DNA of 63,975 nt, filler included, from Octopus bimaculoides (GCF_001194135.2; 6 parts of 6 records of this genome joined end to end with filler, not necessarily neighbours in it), one strand, 5' to 3'; numbered from the whole stretch's first letter, positions 37,258 to 51,104 are shown. Program-made: numbers and translations. The notes: generated from the sequence alone by a model not told the origin.

Positions 37258-38021
37258 CACCACNNNNNNNNNNNNNNNNNNNNNNNNNNNNNNNNNNNNN
37301 NNNNNNNNNNNNNNNNNNNNNNNNNNNNNNNNNNNNNNNNNNNNNNNNNNNNNNNNNNNNNNNNNNNNNNNNNNNNNNNNNNNNNNNNNNNNNNNNNNNN
37401 NNNNNNNNNNNNNNNNNNNNNNNNNNNNNNNNNNNNNNNNNNNNNNNNNNNNNNNNNNNNNNNNNNNNNNNNNNNNNNNNNNNNNNNNNNNNNNNNNNNN
37501 NNNNNNNNNNNNNNNNNNNNNNNNNNNNNNNNNNNNNNNNNNNNNNNNNNNNNNNNNNNNNNNNNNNNNNNNNNNNNNNNNNNNNNNNNNNNNNNNNNNN
37601 NNNNNNNNNNNNNNNNNNNNNNNNNNNNNNNNNNNNNNNNNNNNNNNNNNNNNNNNNNNNNNNNNNNNNNNNNNNNNNNNNNNNNNNNNNNNNNNNNNNN
37701 NNNNNNNNNNNNNNNNNNNNNNNNNNNNNNNNNNNNNNNNNNNNNNNNNNNNNNNNNNNNNNNNNNNNNNNNNNNNNNNNNNNNNNNNNNNNNNNNNNNN
37801 NNNNNNNNNNNNNNNNNNNNNNNNNNNNNNNNNNNNNNNNNNNNNNNNNNNNNNNNNNNNNNNNNNNNNNNNNNNNNNNNNNNNNNNNNNNNNNNNNNNN
37901 NNNNNNNNNNNNNNNNNNNGGACCAGCATGAGAAGTTCTAGCCTATGTTGTTTTTATTATTGTTTAACCCTACTGGAAAAGACCTATGATCAATTATGTC
38001 GTGCGTGTTTTTTTTTCTTTC

Positions 38022-38445
38022 AGGCGTGGGTATGTGGCGAGAAGCTTGCTTCCCAACCACATGATTCCGGGTTCAGTCCCACTGTATGACACCTTAGGCA
38101 AGTGTATTCTGCTTTAGGCTCGGGCCGAACAAAGCCTTGTGAGTGGATTTCGTAAGCGGAAACTGAAAGAATCCCGTCGTATATATATATATATATATAT
38201 ATATGAATATATATATATACGAGTTTGTGTGTGTGTGTATGCCTGCGTTTGTCCCCCCACCATCACTTGACAACCGATCTTAGTGTGTTTACGTCCTCGT
38301 AACCCAGCGGTTCGGCAAAAGTGGCCGATAGAATAAGTACTAGGGTTACAAAGAATAAGATCTGGGATCGATTTGTTCGACTAGAGGAGGTGCTCCAGCA
38401 TGGCCGCAACCAAATAACTGAAACAAGTAAAAGAATAAAAGAAAA
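38022..38445 (+). mobile_element. tRNA-derived SINE, family A
   Basis: aggcgtgggtatgtggcgagaag..ccgggttcagtccc..accttaggcaagtgt, internal TA/TG tract, aaaagaat tail. Confidence 0.9.
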
Positions 38446-38559
38446 GTGTATATATTTTTACCGAGGTATTTATGTGTATATATTTTTACCGAGGTATTTA
38501 TGTAAATCTTGTCATCAGTGTTTGTGTTTATCCACCGTTTAGATTCAATCAAGCTCGCC

Positions 38560-38890
38560 CGGTAACCAAAAGTGTTTCAGCAATCAACGTACATTGGGTC
38601 ATACATATATCGTATCTAGGATTTCATTATCTATTACGTCCTTTCTACCAAGCTCTTTTGTAGTCCTTACGAATATGAATTTGTCGAAAGAGGCGAAGCC
38701 TTTGTTTGTTTCGTATTTTGTTGAGAGGCGTTTTAAATATGTGCTCTGTCTGAAATTCATGTTGCTGGATGAGCATGCTGAGAATTTTAGGAGACTATTT
38801 GTCAAAAACATTTCAGTATCAAAGTACTGAAGACCTCTCAGTAAGATCGCAGTTAGCCAGTACAAGTACTAATTCGACGGTATATGAACA
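38560..38890 (+). pseudogene. Degraded frame carrying the family motif (copy 4)
   Basis: PSSFVVLTNMNLSKEAKPLFVSYFVERRFKYVL aligns by eye with copy 3 PTTEHEILTTSYHFNKRPLYGEYFIQMCENYL. Confidence 0.4.
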
Positions 38891-38920
38891 GCTATTTACA
38901 ATGTGGTTTCCTTACTAAAT

Positions 38921-38999
<79 letters not shown>

Positions 39000-39603
39000 N
39001 NNNNNNNNNNNNNNNNNNNNNNNNNNNNNNNNNNNNNNNNNNNNNNNNNNNNNNNNNNNNNNNNNNNNNNNNNNNNNNNNNNNNNNNNNNNNNNNNNNNN
39101 NNNNNNNNNNNNNNNNNNNNNNNNNNNNNNNNNNNNNNNNNNNNNNNNNNNNNNNNNNNNNNNNNNNNNNNNNNNNNNNNNNNNNNNNNNNNNNNNNNNN
39201 NNNNNNNNNNNNNNNNNNNNNNNNNNNNNNNNNNNNNNNNNNNNNNNNNNNNNNNNNNNNNNNNNNNNNNNNNNNNNNNNNNNNNNNNNNNNNNNNNNNN
39301 NNNNNNNNNNNNNNNNNNNNNNNNNNNNNNNNNNNNNNNNNNNNNNNNNNNNNNNNNNNNNNNNNNNNNNNNNNNNNNNNNNNNNNNNNNNNNNNNNNNN
39401 NNNNNNNNNNNNNNNNNNNNNNNNNNNNNNNNNNNNNNNNNNNNNNNNNNNNNNNNNNNNNNNNNNNNNNNNNNNNNNNNNNNNNNNNNNNNNNNNNNNN
39501 NNNNNNNNNNNNNNNNNNNNNNNNNNNNNNNNNNNNNNNNNNNNNNNNNNNNNNNNNNNNNNNNNNNNNNNNNNNNNNNNNNNNNNNNNNNNNNNNNNNN
39601 NNN

Positions 39604-39642
<39 letters not shown>

Positions 39643-39879
39643 CATGTATATGTGTATATATATGTACATAAATACATAAACGTAGACTTATACAACACCC
39701 AACAAGCTCTTTGTGTCCTTGACCTATATCTGTCAGACACTTGACGAAATGTTGATAAGTACCATGTCTGGATCATAACGAAGATTAACGATTTCTAAAT
39801 GCAATAGATGGCGCCACTGTATTAACAGGGCCAGACTTGACACACAATCTTTCCACACTGGTACCCCTCATCCATCTTC

Positions 39880-40660
39880 CCTCCGTTTTATTTTTTAGTA
39901 TATATTTATATAAATTTCATTCATTCTGACTCTCCTTCTTTCCGTCTTCTTTTTTCCTCCTTTTCTCTCTTTTATGTTTTTTCTTCTTTATTGGTTTCAT
40001 TTGTTCTTTTTCGCCCTTCATTCCTTCATCGTTTTCGCTTGTTCTTTCATTCTTTCATTCATTCATTCATTTTTCTCTCTTTCTTTCTTTCTTTCTTTCT
40101 TTATTTATTTATTTCTCTTTCCTTCTTTTTATTGCTTGTGTTTTTTATACCAGTTACTCTTTCGATTGCTCTTTGTTACCTTTTGTCGTTTCTGTCTTAC
40201 TTCCATTCTTTTATTTATTTATTTATTTTTGGCGTGGGGAAGGGCATTCTTATTTTCCTTCGCCTTACTTATTTCTTTCTGACACTCTTTCTCTTCAGAA
40301 TTTCCTCCTGTCTTTCCTTTCTTTGCTTCTGTTTCTGTTTTCATTCATTCATGTTTTCTTTCTTTCTTTCTTTCTTTTTCATTCTTTCCTCCTTCCTGCC
40401 TTCAATTTCTCCCTAAACTTCTTCCAATTTTTGTTTCCCTTTGGACTTCATTCCCTTCTGTCCTTCTATCGGGCCTGCGTTTCCTTTTGTCATTTCTCAT
40501 TTCTTTTCTCTTTCATTTTCTCTTTCTTATTTTCTTTAGTTTTCTTCCTAACCATCTTTTTTTTTTTTGTTTTTCTTTCTCTACATTTGTTTATCCTCCA
40601 ATCTTTCTCTATTTCCTTCCACTTTTTATATTTTTAATTCCGTTCTACTTCATTATAGTG
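39880..40660. repeat. Pyrimidine-rich low-complexity tract (TTTC/TTCA/TTTA degenerate)
   Basis: Visible directly. Confidence 0.85.
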
Positions 40661-41149
40661 AACTCTAAAGATAAGATAAGACAATACGGCTGATGTGCGT
40701 ACGCAGACGATCATACAAATTCCTGATATATTTGAAATTGAACATATATATACACAGTCACTCATACATAAACGTATAAACACACACAAGCATTTATGTG
40801 CATCTACCTCACCCAACTTCTCTATCCCACCGTTATTTACTAATTTCATGTCTCTTTTTTTTTACTTAAACACACGCACATGGATACATACGTACTTACA
40901 TACATACAAATACGTATACATTATTTATATTGGTACTCAGATACGAAATATATGATACATTAGCAAATACATATGGCCATATGCACAGCTATATTTATAA
41001 ACTGTCTGTCTGTCTATCTGTCTATATGTATATATATATGTTTGTGCGTGTATGTATGTATATATATATATATATTCACTGATAGATAGATATTATAGAA
41101 AGATAGAGAAATAGCAAGTGTTTCTATTATTGGTGCGTGTTAGTGTGTG

Positions 41150-41240
<91 letters not shown>

Positions 41241-41395
41241 GGTAGGTAGGTAGGTAGGTAGGTAGGTACCAGATAAGGTAGGTACCAGATAAGGTAGGTA
41301 CCAGATAAGGTAGGTAGGTAGGTAGATCTATCTGTCTATCTATCTACCTATCAATCTACCTACATATCTAACTACCTATCCATTTATCTATCTAC

Positions 41396-41452
<57 letters not shown>
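41150..41452. repeat. (GATA)n-(GGTA)n-16-mer x3-(TATC)n compound repeat
   Basis: Visible directly; ggtaggtaccagataa occurs three times at ~41262-41310. Confidence 0.9.
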
Positions 41453-41454
<2 letters not shown>

Positions 41455-42006
41455 CACACACACACGCATACAATATACATATTATCTAGCTGTATCTAAT
41501 TATCTGTCTTTCTCCCTATATATATATATATGTATGTATGTATAAATACATATATATATGTGTGTGTGTATGCATGCTGTGTATGTATGCATGTATGTAT
41601 TAATGTATGTATGTTTGTATGTATGTATGTATGCATGTATGTATGTATGTATGTATGTATGTATGTATGTACGTACGTATGTATGTATGTATGTATGTAT
41701 GTATATATATCTGTATGCACACGTGTGTAAACAATTGACTGTAAAAAAAACAAATGGAGATAAGCGTGCACTTAATACTCTACTTGGAGTGTTATATCCA
41801 CTGGAATCCGTCACCTCACAAATCGTTTTTCGAGTCTCTCTCATCATCTGAACGTCGGAAATATTGAAACTTGAAGTAGCGAATAGTAAAGATTCAGTTT
41901 CTAACAACTTATAACATGAGTATGCATGTAAGCTTGTACGTGTGTATGTGTGTGTGTGTGTGTGTATGTACGTATGTATATATGCGTGTATATATATATA
42001 TGTGTG

Positions 42007-42043
<37 letters not shown>

Positions 42044-43499
42044 NNNNNNNNNNNNNNNNNNNNNNNNNNNNNNNNNNNNNNNNNNNNNNNNNNNNNNNNN
42101 NNNNNNNNNNNNNNNNNNNNNNNNNNNNNNNNNNNNNNNNNNNNNNNNNNNNNNNNNNNNNNNNNNNNNNNNNNNNNNNNNNNNNNNNNNNNNNNNNNNN
42201 NNNNNNNNNNNNNNNNNNNNNNNNNNNNNNNNNNNNNNNNNNNNNNNNNNNNNNNNNNNNNNNNNNNNNNNNNNNNNNNNNNNNNNNNNNNNNNNNNNNN
42301 NNNNNNNNNNNNNNNNNNNNNNNNNNNNNNNNNNNNNNNNNNNNNNNNNNNNNNNNNNNNNNNNNNNNNNNNNNNNNNNNNNNNNNNNNNNNNNNNNNNN
42401 NNNNNNNNNNNNNNNNNNNNNNNNNNNNNNNNNNNNNNNNNNNNNNNNNNNNNNNNNNNNNNNNNNNNNNNNNNNNNNNNNNNNNNNNNNNNNNNNNNNN
42501 NNNNNNNNNNNNNNNNNNNNNNNNNNNNNNNNNNNNNNNNNNNNNNNNNNNNNNNNNNNNNNNNNNNNNNNNNNNNNNNNNNNNNNNNNNNNNNNNNNNN
42601 NNNNNNNNNNNNNNNNNNNNNNNNNNNNNNNNNNNNNNNNNNNNNNNNNNNNNNNNNNNNNNNNNNNNNNNNNNNNNNNNNNNNNNNNNNNNNNNNNNNN
42701 NNNNNNNNNNNNNNNNNNNNNNNNNNNNNNNNNNNNNNNNNNNNNNNNNNNNNNNNNNNNNNNNNNNNNNNNNNNNNNNNNNNNNNNNNNNNNNNNNNNN
42801 NNNNNNNNNNNNNNNNNNNNNNNNNNNNNNNNNNNNNNNNNNNNNNNNNNNNNNNNNNNNNNNNNNNNNNNNNNNNNNNNNNNNNNNNNNNNNNNNNNNN
42901 NGTGGTGGTGGTGGTGGTGGTGGTGGTGGTGGTGATGTATGTTGATGACGATGATGATAATGGAAAACTGAACTAAAAAACGGTTGGTTTTTATGTCGCA
43001 GTTCCGCTCTCCCAGTGAATCTAAATGAAAGTTTAAATCGTCACCTTACCCACCCTTGTCTTTCTGTCTGTCTGTCTGTCTCCCTCTTTCTCTCAGACAC
43101 AAACACAAACACAGCCAAAGACATACATGTGCATGCAGTCATACACCCAACGAAAATGGATTTCATATATACGCTTATACTGATTGTTCAAGATTGAAAC
43201 TCCAGACAAAATGCAATATATTCATATGCATTCATATGCATAACATATATGTCAGTGTATAAGTTGACTTGATTCTCATGACACTTTCATACTGCTTTCC
43301 ATTTAAAATCTAAGAAATACTCGCTGTATATTGTGACCCATCAATATTACACTGACGTAAGGTTTTGATTGAATATAATGATGCTTATTTACAAGGCGCT
43401 TCGCATGTCTTCCTAACATGTTTTCTTATATAACATGGACTGGAACAAACATTTTTACCCTACAGTTATATAAAATTTACCTGTATTATACAGTAGTTG

Positions 43500-44132
<633 letters not shown>

Positions 44133-44234
44133 AAAAAATGAATAAAGCTCCCTTTTGCGCCATAGGCGCCTAAGGCCGTTTTCCCCTTAGTCTGTGCCAT
44201 ATGTTCTCCCACGGAAGTGGACGACGGTCCATCA

Positions 44235-44390
44235 AAGATTACTCAGTTATTCCAGCTGAGTGGACTGGGGCGACCTGAATTGAAATGTTTTGCTGAAGAA
44301 TACAACACATCGACCGGGCCAGGAATCGAAACCACAATCTTACAACCATAAATTCAACTTCATACCTACTATGCCACACGCCTCCGCATA
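44235..44390 (-). mobile_element. tRNA-derived SINE, family D
   Basis: Reverse complement: gtggcatagtagg..gtggtttcgattcctggcccggtcgatgtgttgtattcttcagcaaaacatttc; same family as 48780-49025. Confidence 0.75.
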
Positions 44391-44559
44391 CACCAAAAAT
44401 CTTAATGGTGTTGGAGTTCGGCACTAAATTAACTAAGAGCTTACTACTGCTAGAGTTATTTTATGACAACCCTAACGACCAGTGAAATGATGCTTTCAAG
44501 CATACTACAATGCAATACTGTTTTGATGCTTCAAAATTGAAATTAATTCATTTCGAATT

Positions 44560-44900
44560 ACCCTCTACAGGACCCAGCCCTTGCTGAGATGCAGTGACTT
44601 GTGTGCGTCAATGATTTTGAAAGTCATGCAAGCGGAGCGCAAGCTATTGACAGGGTCTCCTATGCTGGACAATTTAAAGACTAGAGGCCAGACTAAACAT
44701 GGACCACCTCTTGCAAGCGATAAAAATTCGTTTTCGTAAGGCCGGCACCTTTACCTAGAAAAAAAGCAAATTAATTGATGTACTGATGATAGTTCGAAAC
44801 CAATAGTACTTGGTGGAAGAGAAAAGACGGCTTGGAGTCGAGAACAGTGGAGAAAAGTCGTTGATGGCTTATAATCCTTAAGGAGCGAAGGGCTTAAGTA
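44560..44900 (+). mobile_element. Possible internally deleted RTE derivative (5'-UTR-like plus 3'-end-like parts)
   Basis: gctattgacagggtctcctatgctggac..agaggccagactaaac resembles RTE 5' UTRs as I recall them; the 3' part can be read, with a frameshift, as ..W..VVDGL..RSEGLK, like RTE ORF termini. Confidence 0.35.
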
Positions 44901-45539
44901 ATTTCAAATAATGGTAAAACTCTATTAATTACATACAATAATAAACTTCAGAAGAGGTGAGCTGGTGGAGTTTAAATAGTGACGTCACTCAAACTTCGGT
45001 TAATTTGCTGCAACTAACATGGTGCCAAGTTTAATTTTATCGTCTACTTCAATGATTTTCACTGATTTACTTATGGTATTTATAATATAATATATCAACA
45101 TGTTATAAAATACAGTATAAATTATATTCCAGGCTTTTTCTTTAACTTGCTTCACATATGCATCCTTAAGACTCTATTTAGCTTGCTTGCAATGGTCGTA
45201 GGTCTTGTCTGTCTTACACCATGGCAATTCATTTGATTGCATCAATAGCTCTGTGGGCGCTAAAGGTGACATGTTTACTGAATACATTTTATTACAGAAA
45301 CATTTAATGTACTAATTTACATCATTTTAAATATATTAAAGCAAATTAAACCACAAAGGTTTAAATTTTATAAGCATTTAAATTTTCATTACAGTTTCGG
45401 GATTTGGTGTGTGCTATCACTTTCAGCTTCAAACTAGCATCATATTTCTTTCATTTATCACTTAGAGATAATATGACGGGGTTTCAAGGTAGCTGAAAAT
45501 TTACGTTTCAACCAGAGAATGCTGCTGATTATTAAAGAA

Positions 45540-45669
45540 TGGCAACTTGACTTTCTCGAGAAATCCTGTTTTCAAATGCTTAAAAGTTTCTGGCAGTTGC
45601 AAGGTTTTATTTCAATTGCCTGTACTAACACAAACTGGCCAATCTCGATTTCCGTATGTAAACACATTA

Positions 45670-45739
<70 letters not shown>

Positions 45740-47142
45740 ACTGCTGCCGCTACTACTACTATTACTACTACTACTAATACATCTACTGCTGCTTCTATCA
45801 ATACGAAAAACTGCAAAATCAAGGCCCACAAACTGTGTTCGGTTGTTTTGTTGTTGGTAATGTGATGGCTCTTGATGTGGTATTTTTCTGCTACTTTTGC
45901 TGCTATTGTTTTCATTTTGTTGTTGTTGTTGTTGCTATAAATGCTGCTTCCGGTTTTGCAGCTGGTGATGTAATCACTGCTGTTGCATTTTCATGCTGTT
46001 GTTATAATTGCAGCTGTTTTTGATATGCTTCCTGCTATTCTTGGTGGTTGTGAAACTGTAAAGGCCTTCTTTTAGCTGTATTTTCTCTTGTTACTGGGGA
46101 AGTGAGCCTTGCAGTGATTAGTTTTTTCCACATTTGTAGCATCGAGGTCTTCTATTTTCCATTACTATCCGCAGTCACTGCATTCCTGGGATTTCTGTTA
46201 GGTCTGGGATTTAGTCTAACGTCTTTGAATTCAACTAATTCAAAACCTCCAACACCATCCCAGCCCTATTTTATTTACGAAATACTTTTATTTCTACCAG
46301 CATGATAGATTATTTCCAAACCCTACATCGCACCACCAACCAAAAGCCTAGTTATAGTAGTATGGTGGAAATTTTCACCCGGATTATTCTCTGCCCCAAG
46401 GAGAAATAGTTATTTATGTCAGTTGCTTCTGAGCTAGGATTTTTGACCGAACAATAACTTGTATGTACTTGAACCCATGGAAATATCTCACAAAATTATT
46501 GTTAAACCATATATTTTTCAGAGTTCAGGTCTGAATGTATATACTCTAATTTGTGTCTTTTCGTAGATAAATATCTATGCAGAATTGTTTTTCTTTCAAT
46601 TTCATAAAAGAGGTGCTTCGTTATATTAAGCAAAACATTTTGCTGTTCTAATCTCCTGATATATTTCTTCTAATTGTCTTCTAATTGACCGTGCTTTTTC
46701 TCCAGTGAGTCAACGTCGAAAACGTTGACAATCATAGTAAAAATAAATAGTTTTGCTGAGTTTTCACTGCTACTTTAAAGTTTTAGAACCAGCCTTCTCC
46801 ACTGCTGCTATCGCTGTTGTTTTTACCATAATTGTTGCTGCTGCAGCTGCCGTTGTTGTTATGTATCTTAATGTTGCCTGCAGATACAGAAGCAATGTTT
46901 TAAACTTTGAAATTCTAACGATGAAAATACCTCCTCCCCTTCCATGAATATAATGTCTTTCCATCTATTGCTACTGAGGATGCTGTTGTGGATTTTGCTA
47001 CTGTTGTTCCTGCTATAGTTGTTGCTGTTTGGACTTCGGGCTTTCCGTCCTTGACAATCGTCTTCCTCCCTTTCGATGTGAAACACCTGTCATTGTGTAT
47101 CATCTCTCCCGTCGGTTTCCTAACTGTGTAAGCTGACGCCAT
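45540..47142 (-). mobile_element. LINE ORF1 (gag-like, L1/Tx1-type) remnant with zinc knuckle
   Basis: Starts MASAYTVRK; low-complexity T/A-rich segment; ENRRPRCYKCGK(T)NHCKAHFP at ~46090-46150, a decayed CX2CX4HX4C; no ORF2 seen. Confidence 0.6.
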
Positions 47143-47339
47143 GACCGTAAAAGGATTGTTTCTGGAAACAACATTTGAAAAATTTTATAACAAATTTCAG
47201 CGGCTACAGAACAAGAAACAAAAATGACAACCAACCGAATGTGCCTTGGTTAGCTTAAATAAATTTCATTTCGCAAAATTACTGCAATCGTCTTTTGAAC
47301 GTATGCAAAGAAAATCTTACGAGCAACCTTAAACAATGA

Positions 47340-47582
47340 GTTGCTGGCACCAGCCGCAGCGGCAGCAGCAGTAGTAGCAGCAGCACTACCACCACCACCA
47401 TCCCTACCTCCACAACCACCACCAGTACAACCCCACACAACAACCACCACCACCACAAGCTACCACACAACAACAACCAACACCACCACATCCCCGCACA
47501 CAATCACCACTACTACCACAACCACCACCACTACAACCTCCATACAACCACCACCATCACCACCACAACAACAACAACCATA
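47340..47582. repeat. (GCA)/(ACC)/(ACA) degenerate trinucleotide tract
   Basis: Visible directly. Confidence 0.9.
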
Positions 47583-48071
47583 ATGTTGTGTTAATCAACG
47601 AGCGCTCACTTTAACTGCTGACGTCAAAGTAGTCATTTTGGCACGAAAGAAGAAAGATTGTTAGTCATATCTATTCTAAGTGGAGAACGTTATAGTGATA
47701 TCATGAAACCCTTGAAACCTGTCAAGAACGATTCTAAAAATGATTGAATGAAGGATTTCTTTTTACCTTCGCTCTTTTAATATTTTTTATTTCTTTGCTT
47801 TTCATTTTGTGAACTGTTTCTTTGTAGTTGTGCTGATGCTGTTGTAGCGGTTGCTTTGTAATATTAAAGTAGCATGAAAATATATAAACTTCACTGCAAA
47901 TGCTGCTCGTCTTATAAGGGAGAGCTTGACAGTCATATTTGTTTTGTTTATCTTGTAATCGTGTTTTCCTTTAGTGTCATCAGTTTACGGTAGATGTTCT
48001 CAACTGGGGTCCGTATAAGATTTTGCGGGTCCACGCAAAGAAAACAGTAAATTGGGGACCACAGTAGTATT

Positions 48072-48700
48072 CTAAACGTCCATTAAAAGATTTTGCTTTA
48101 GTCGCACTTTTTGTAAGAAACAACCAAGATTCTTTCTCTGACGTTTTACATAGCTCAACATGTTTCTGGCCACTGGTACATGGTCTCTCAAAGTGTCATT
48201 GCAAACATACACAAGTGAATGCAGAAAAAACAAAATAGAAATTTCGAAAGCAGTATCTATAAACATCGAATGGCTAAAGAATAAAACATCAAATCAAAGG
48301 GGGTGTAAATGTTAGAAGAATAGTTGAGAACTCCTGGTTCATAAGATTTAAAAATCCAAATCAAGGAGCAAAATAAAACAGAAGTAAGGGCAAGCATAAC
48401 GGGAAACTGTACAGACCAGCTTGATTTGGGTAAATAAGTATTTTGTAACTTATTCAAATACCTTATAGTTTTCATACACGAATTATTAATCTAAAAGAAA
48501 TACGGGGTGATGTTGGTCTTATTTTATCTTTCTCTCTAGTCTTCTTAAATAATATCTTCAAATATTTCATCCATCCATCTACCTCTACTACTCGTGGGAG
48601 GATCGTGGAGGTGGAGTCCTGAGGAATCACTTCCTTTCAATGTTTTACAAATCATGTTGAATTCTCCAACAGATACTGTTCTTCACAAAATCTGATGATC
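48072..48700 (-). pseudogene. Possible degraded class I SAM methyltransferase-like fragment
   Basis: RWMDEIFEDII, YEP, and FDVLFFSHSM / ILFFLHSLVYV..(frameshift)RILVVS loosely follow histamine-N-methyltransferase-like motif order; no GxGxG motif I found. Confidence 0.2.
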
Positions 48701-48779
48701 TTTCATGGGTAACATGAATCTAGAACAGTGCCAACACAACTTCCTGCGGATAAGACTAAAGATAGGGCGATCGAATGTC

Positions 48780-49025
48780 TTTCGCGAGCCATAGACTCGT
48801 AAGGCCGGCTTCCCAGATTCTGTGGCGTATGTATTCTAAATCCCACCCACCACCGGGATGGCATGCTGGTCCTTCGCAGGATCACTCATCTTGCCAGCTG
48901 CATTGACTGGAGCAACGTGAAATGAAGTGTTTTGCTCAAGAGCACAACACATTTCCCGGTCCAGGAATCGAAATCACAATCTTACTATCGTGATGTAACA
49001 CTTTAACCACTAGCACACGCATCTC
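48780..49025 (-). mobile_element. tRNA-derived SINE, family D
   Basis: Head gatgcgtgtgctagtggttaaagtgtt..gatttcgattcctggacc, then tgttgtgctcttgagcaaaacacttc. Confidence 0.8.
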
Positions 49026-49384
49026 TTCAAAGATTAGATAGGCCTCACATTGAGAAGGTAGAATATATTTCAGGTTAATAATTTGCTGGTTTTCTGCGAA
49101 AAAGAACAAAAAACAAGCCCTACATCCATGTCTTCTTCTGTCCAAACCTGGGATTCCTAAGGCTTACGCATCAACATAATACATTCATTGGCTCGCTGTT
49201 GTTACGGAAATTTTGGGTTTTTTTTTATATCTCTCCTAACGATATAGCAACTCTTTTACAATTCTCAACTAACAAACATCATACTATCGCCATTCAAGTA
49301 ACATTTCATGGAAGCCAACATCATCCCCACTTTATATTAATCATCAAAACTTTTTACAGAGCTACTTCTATGAGTAACGTTTAT

Positions 49385-49530
49385 TCTTGAGTTCAAATCC
49401 CTCCCAGGCCAAAACCTACCCGTTCAGCTTTCCGACGTCGATAACATATATTGATAGTTAAGTATTGGCGTCAATATCATCAAGTGTTACTTTTCCCCAA
49501 AAACTTCAGGTCTCGTGCCAATGTTAGAAA
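49385..49530 (+). mobile_element. SINE family B, degenerate 3' part
   Basis: gagttcaaatccc..ctttccgacgtcgataa..caggtctcgtgcc. Confidence 0.55.
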
Positions 49531-50159
49531 CAATTATTAATACGTCCCCTCTAGAATTACAACACTCAGTAATTCACACTTCGCTCATGTATGTTTTGTT
49601 TTGTTGTTTTTTTTTCTTACACACATACATCAACTTGAAAGAAGTTCAAGGAGGATATTAAATACAATTTTCTCACTAGACTATCAGAACCTTCACAATG
49701 ATATGGGCACGACTACCCAACCCCACATAGACGAAATGAAAAAGAACGTCTAGTAAATTGCCGAATCTCTTGTGGAAAAGATGAGAAGAGATTGGATTGG
49801 ATTTCCTGCTACGTACGTCACTGTCATTTAAGGAAATACGCATATTAATTACATTACTGATCTACTGCATCAAACGTTAAGAGTGTCTATTCATAGAACC
49901 AGTTTAAAGTTCTGCGTACTGGTTCACCATATATAAGTTTCATGAGTTGGATTCTTTTTCAATCGTCAGTAAATCACATCGAAAGTTGACCCACATCCTA
50001 TCCAGGAGAAGTTAATCATTTAATGTTACATAAACTATACTTTAGAACCAAGTACTAGGATACGCGTTATACTGTAAGGAGTCTATATTAGCGATGTCAA
50101 AAATGAAGTCAAATTTGCATTTAATAATCATAATAATGTATAAATGCTACATCCCCTAC

Positions 50160-50508
50160 GGTTTCACTGCATGGCACTTTGGGCAAATGTCTTTCACTAT
50201 TGCCACGGGCTGATCAAAGCCTTATCAGTGGATTTGGTAGAGAAAAACTGAAAGAAGTCAGTCATGTTGTGTGTATGCGTGTGCGCGCGCGTGTGTGTGT
50301 GTGTGTGTGCGCGCGGGGGGGGGGATATGTGTGTGTATCATCGCGCGAGCGTGTGTAACCAGTGTTAGTAATTTAGCGGTTCGGCAACAGAGCCTGATAG
50401 AAGTACCAGGCTTAAAACAAAAGTACTGATATCGATTCGTTCGACTAAAATTCTTGAAGGCGGAAGCCCCAGCATGGCCGCAGTCTGATTCAAGTAAACG
50501 ATGAAAGA
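50160..50508 (+). mobile_element. SINE family A, 5'-truncated
   Basis: ggcactttgggcaaatgtc..gatttggtagagaaaaactgaaagaag..ccagcatggccgcagtc. Confidence 0.85.
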
Positions 50509-51037
50509 TATGATGTTAATTCATGTGTATCTGGCCTCAAACAGGTAACATTGGGAACATAATTTTGCCTTCGTTGGTAGTAACAGGATATGCTTTATCT
50601 ATAATTAATTGATAAACAATTTTATTGTTATTGATAACATATATTTATTGTAAATATACAAACTAGGAATTTGTTATAATTTTAATTGGATAAAGAATTA
50701 TATCTTGAAAATTTCCATTCATTGCATTAGAATTCATATACCCATGAAATTTTGGAAGAAAATAAAATTATAATTACTTTACCTACGTAACATTTTCTGA
50801 TACAAGACGGAGTGGCAAAAGTATATTGTTAACATTATTATGCGCTATAATACCGCCGATAGCAACAAAGTAAAATAGCATCTATGTATAGTAATGTATA
50901 CAGAATGAATCTGGATTGGAACAGGCGCAGTCACGGTCGTGCTTCTAAGAAGCGCGCTCTGCAAACACGCAATTTCGAAGTCGATTCCACAGCACAGAGC
51001 CCTAGTGTCACTTTTATGGCATGAACTGCTCTCTCAC

Positions 51038-51102
<65 letters not shown>

Positions 51103-51104
<2 letters not shown>

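Noticed and set aside
38446-38503. Short direct duplication (gtgtatatatttttaccgaggtatttat x2)
   Set aside because: Simple local slippage duplication at a SINE tail; two copies only, no spacer, not CRISPR-like.
38599-38865. Minus-strand ORF or Tc1-like 'PLNKIRNKQRLRLF' reading
   Set aside because: No DDE motifs follow; the plus-strand frame matches the local KxPL family better.
41700-41915. Unique island between microsatellites, a possible exon (MLETESLL..)
   Set aside because: No recognisable protein and no clear splice pair.
44780-44815. CTGATGA..GAAAC hammerhead-like core
   Set aside because: Stem II (tagttc) cannot pair and the base at the cleavage position is G.
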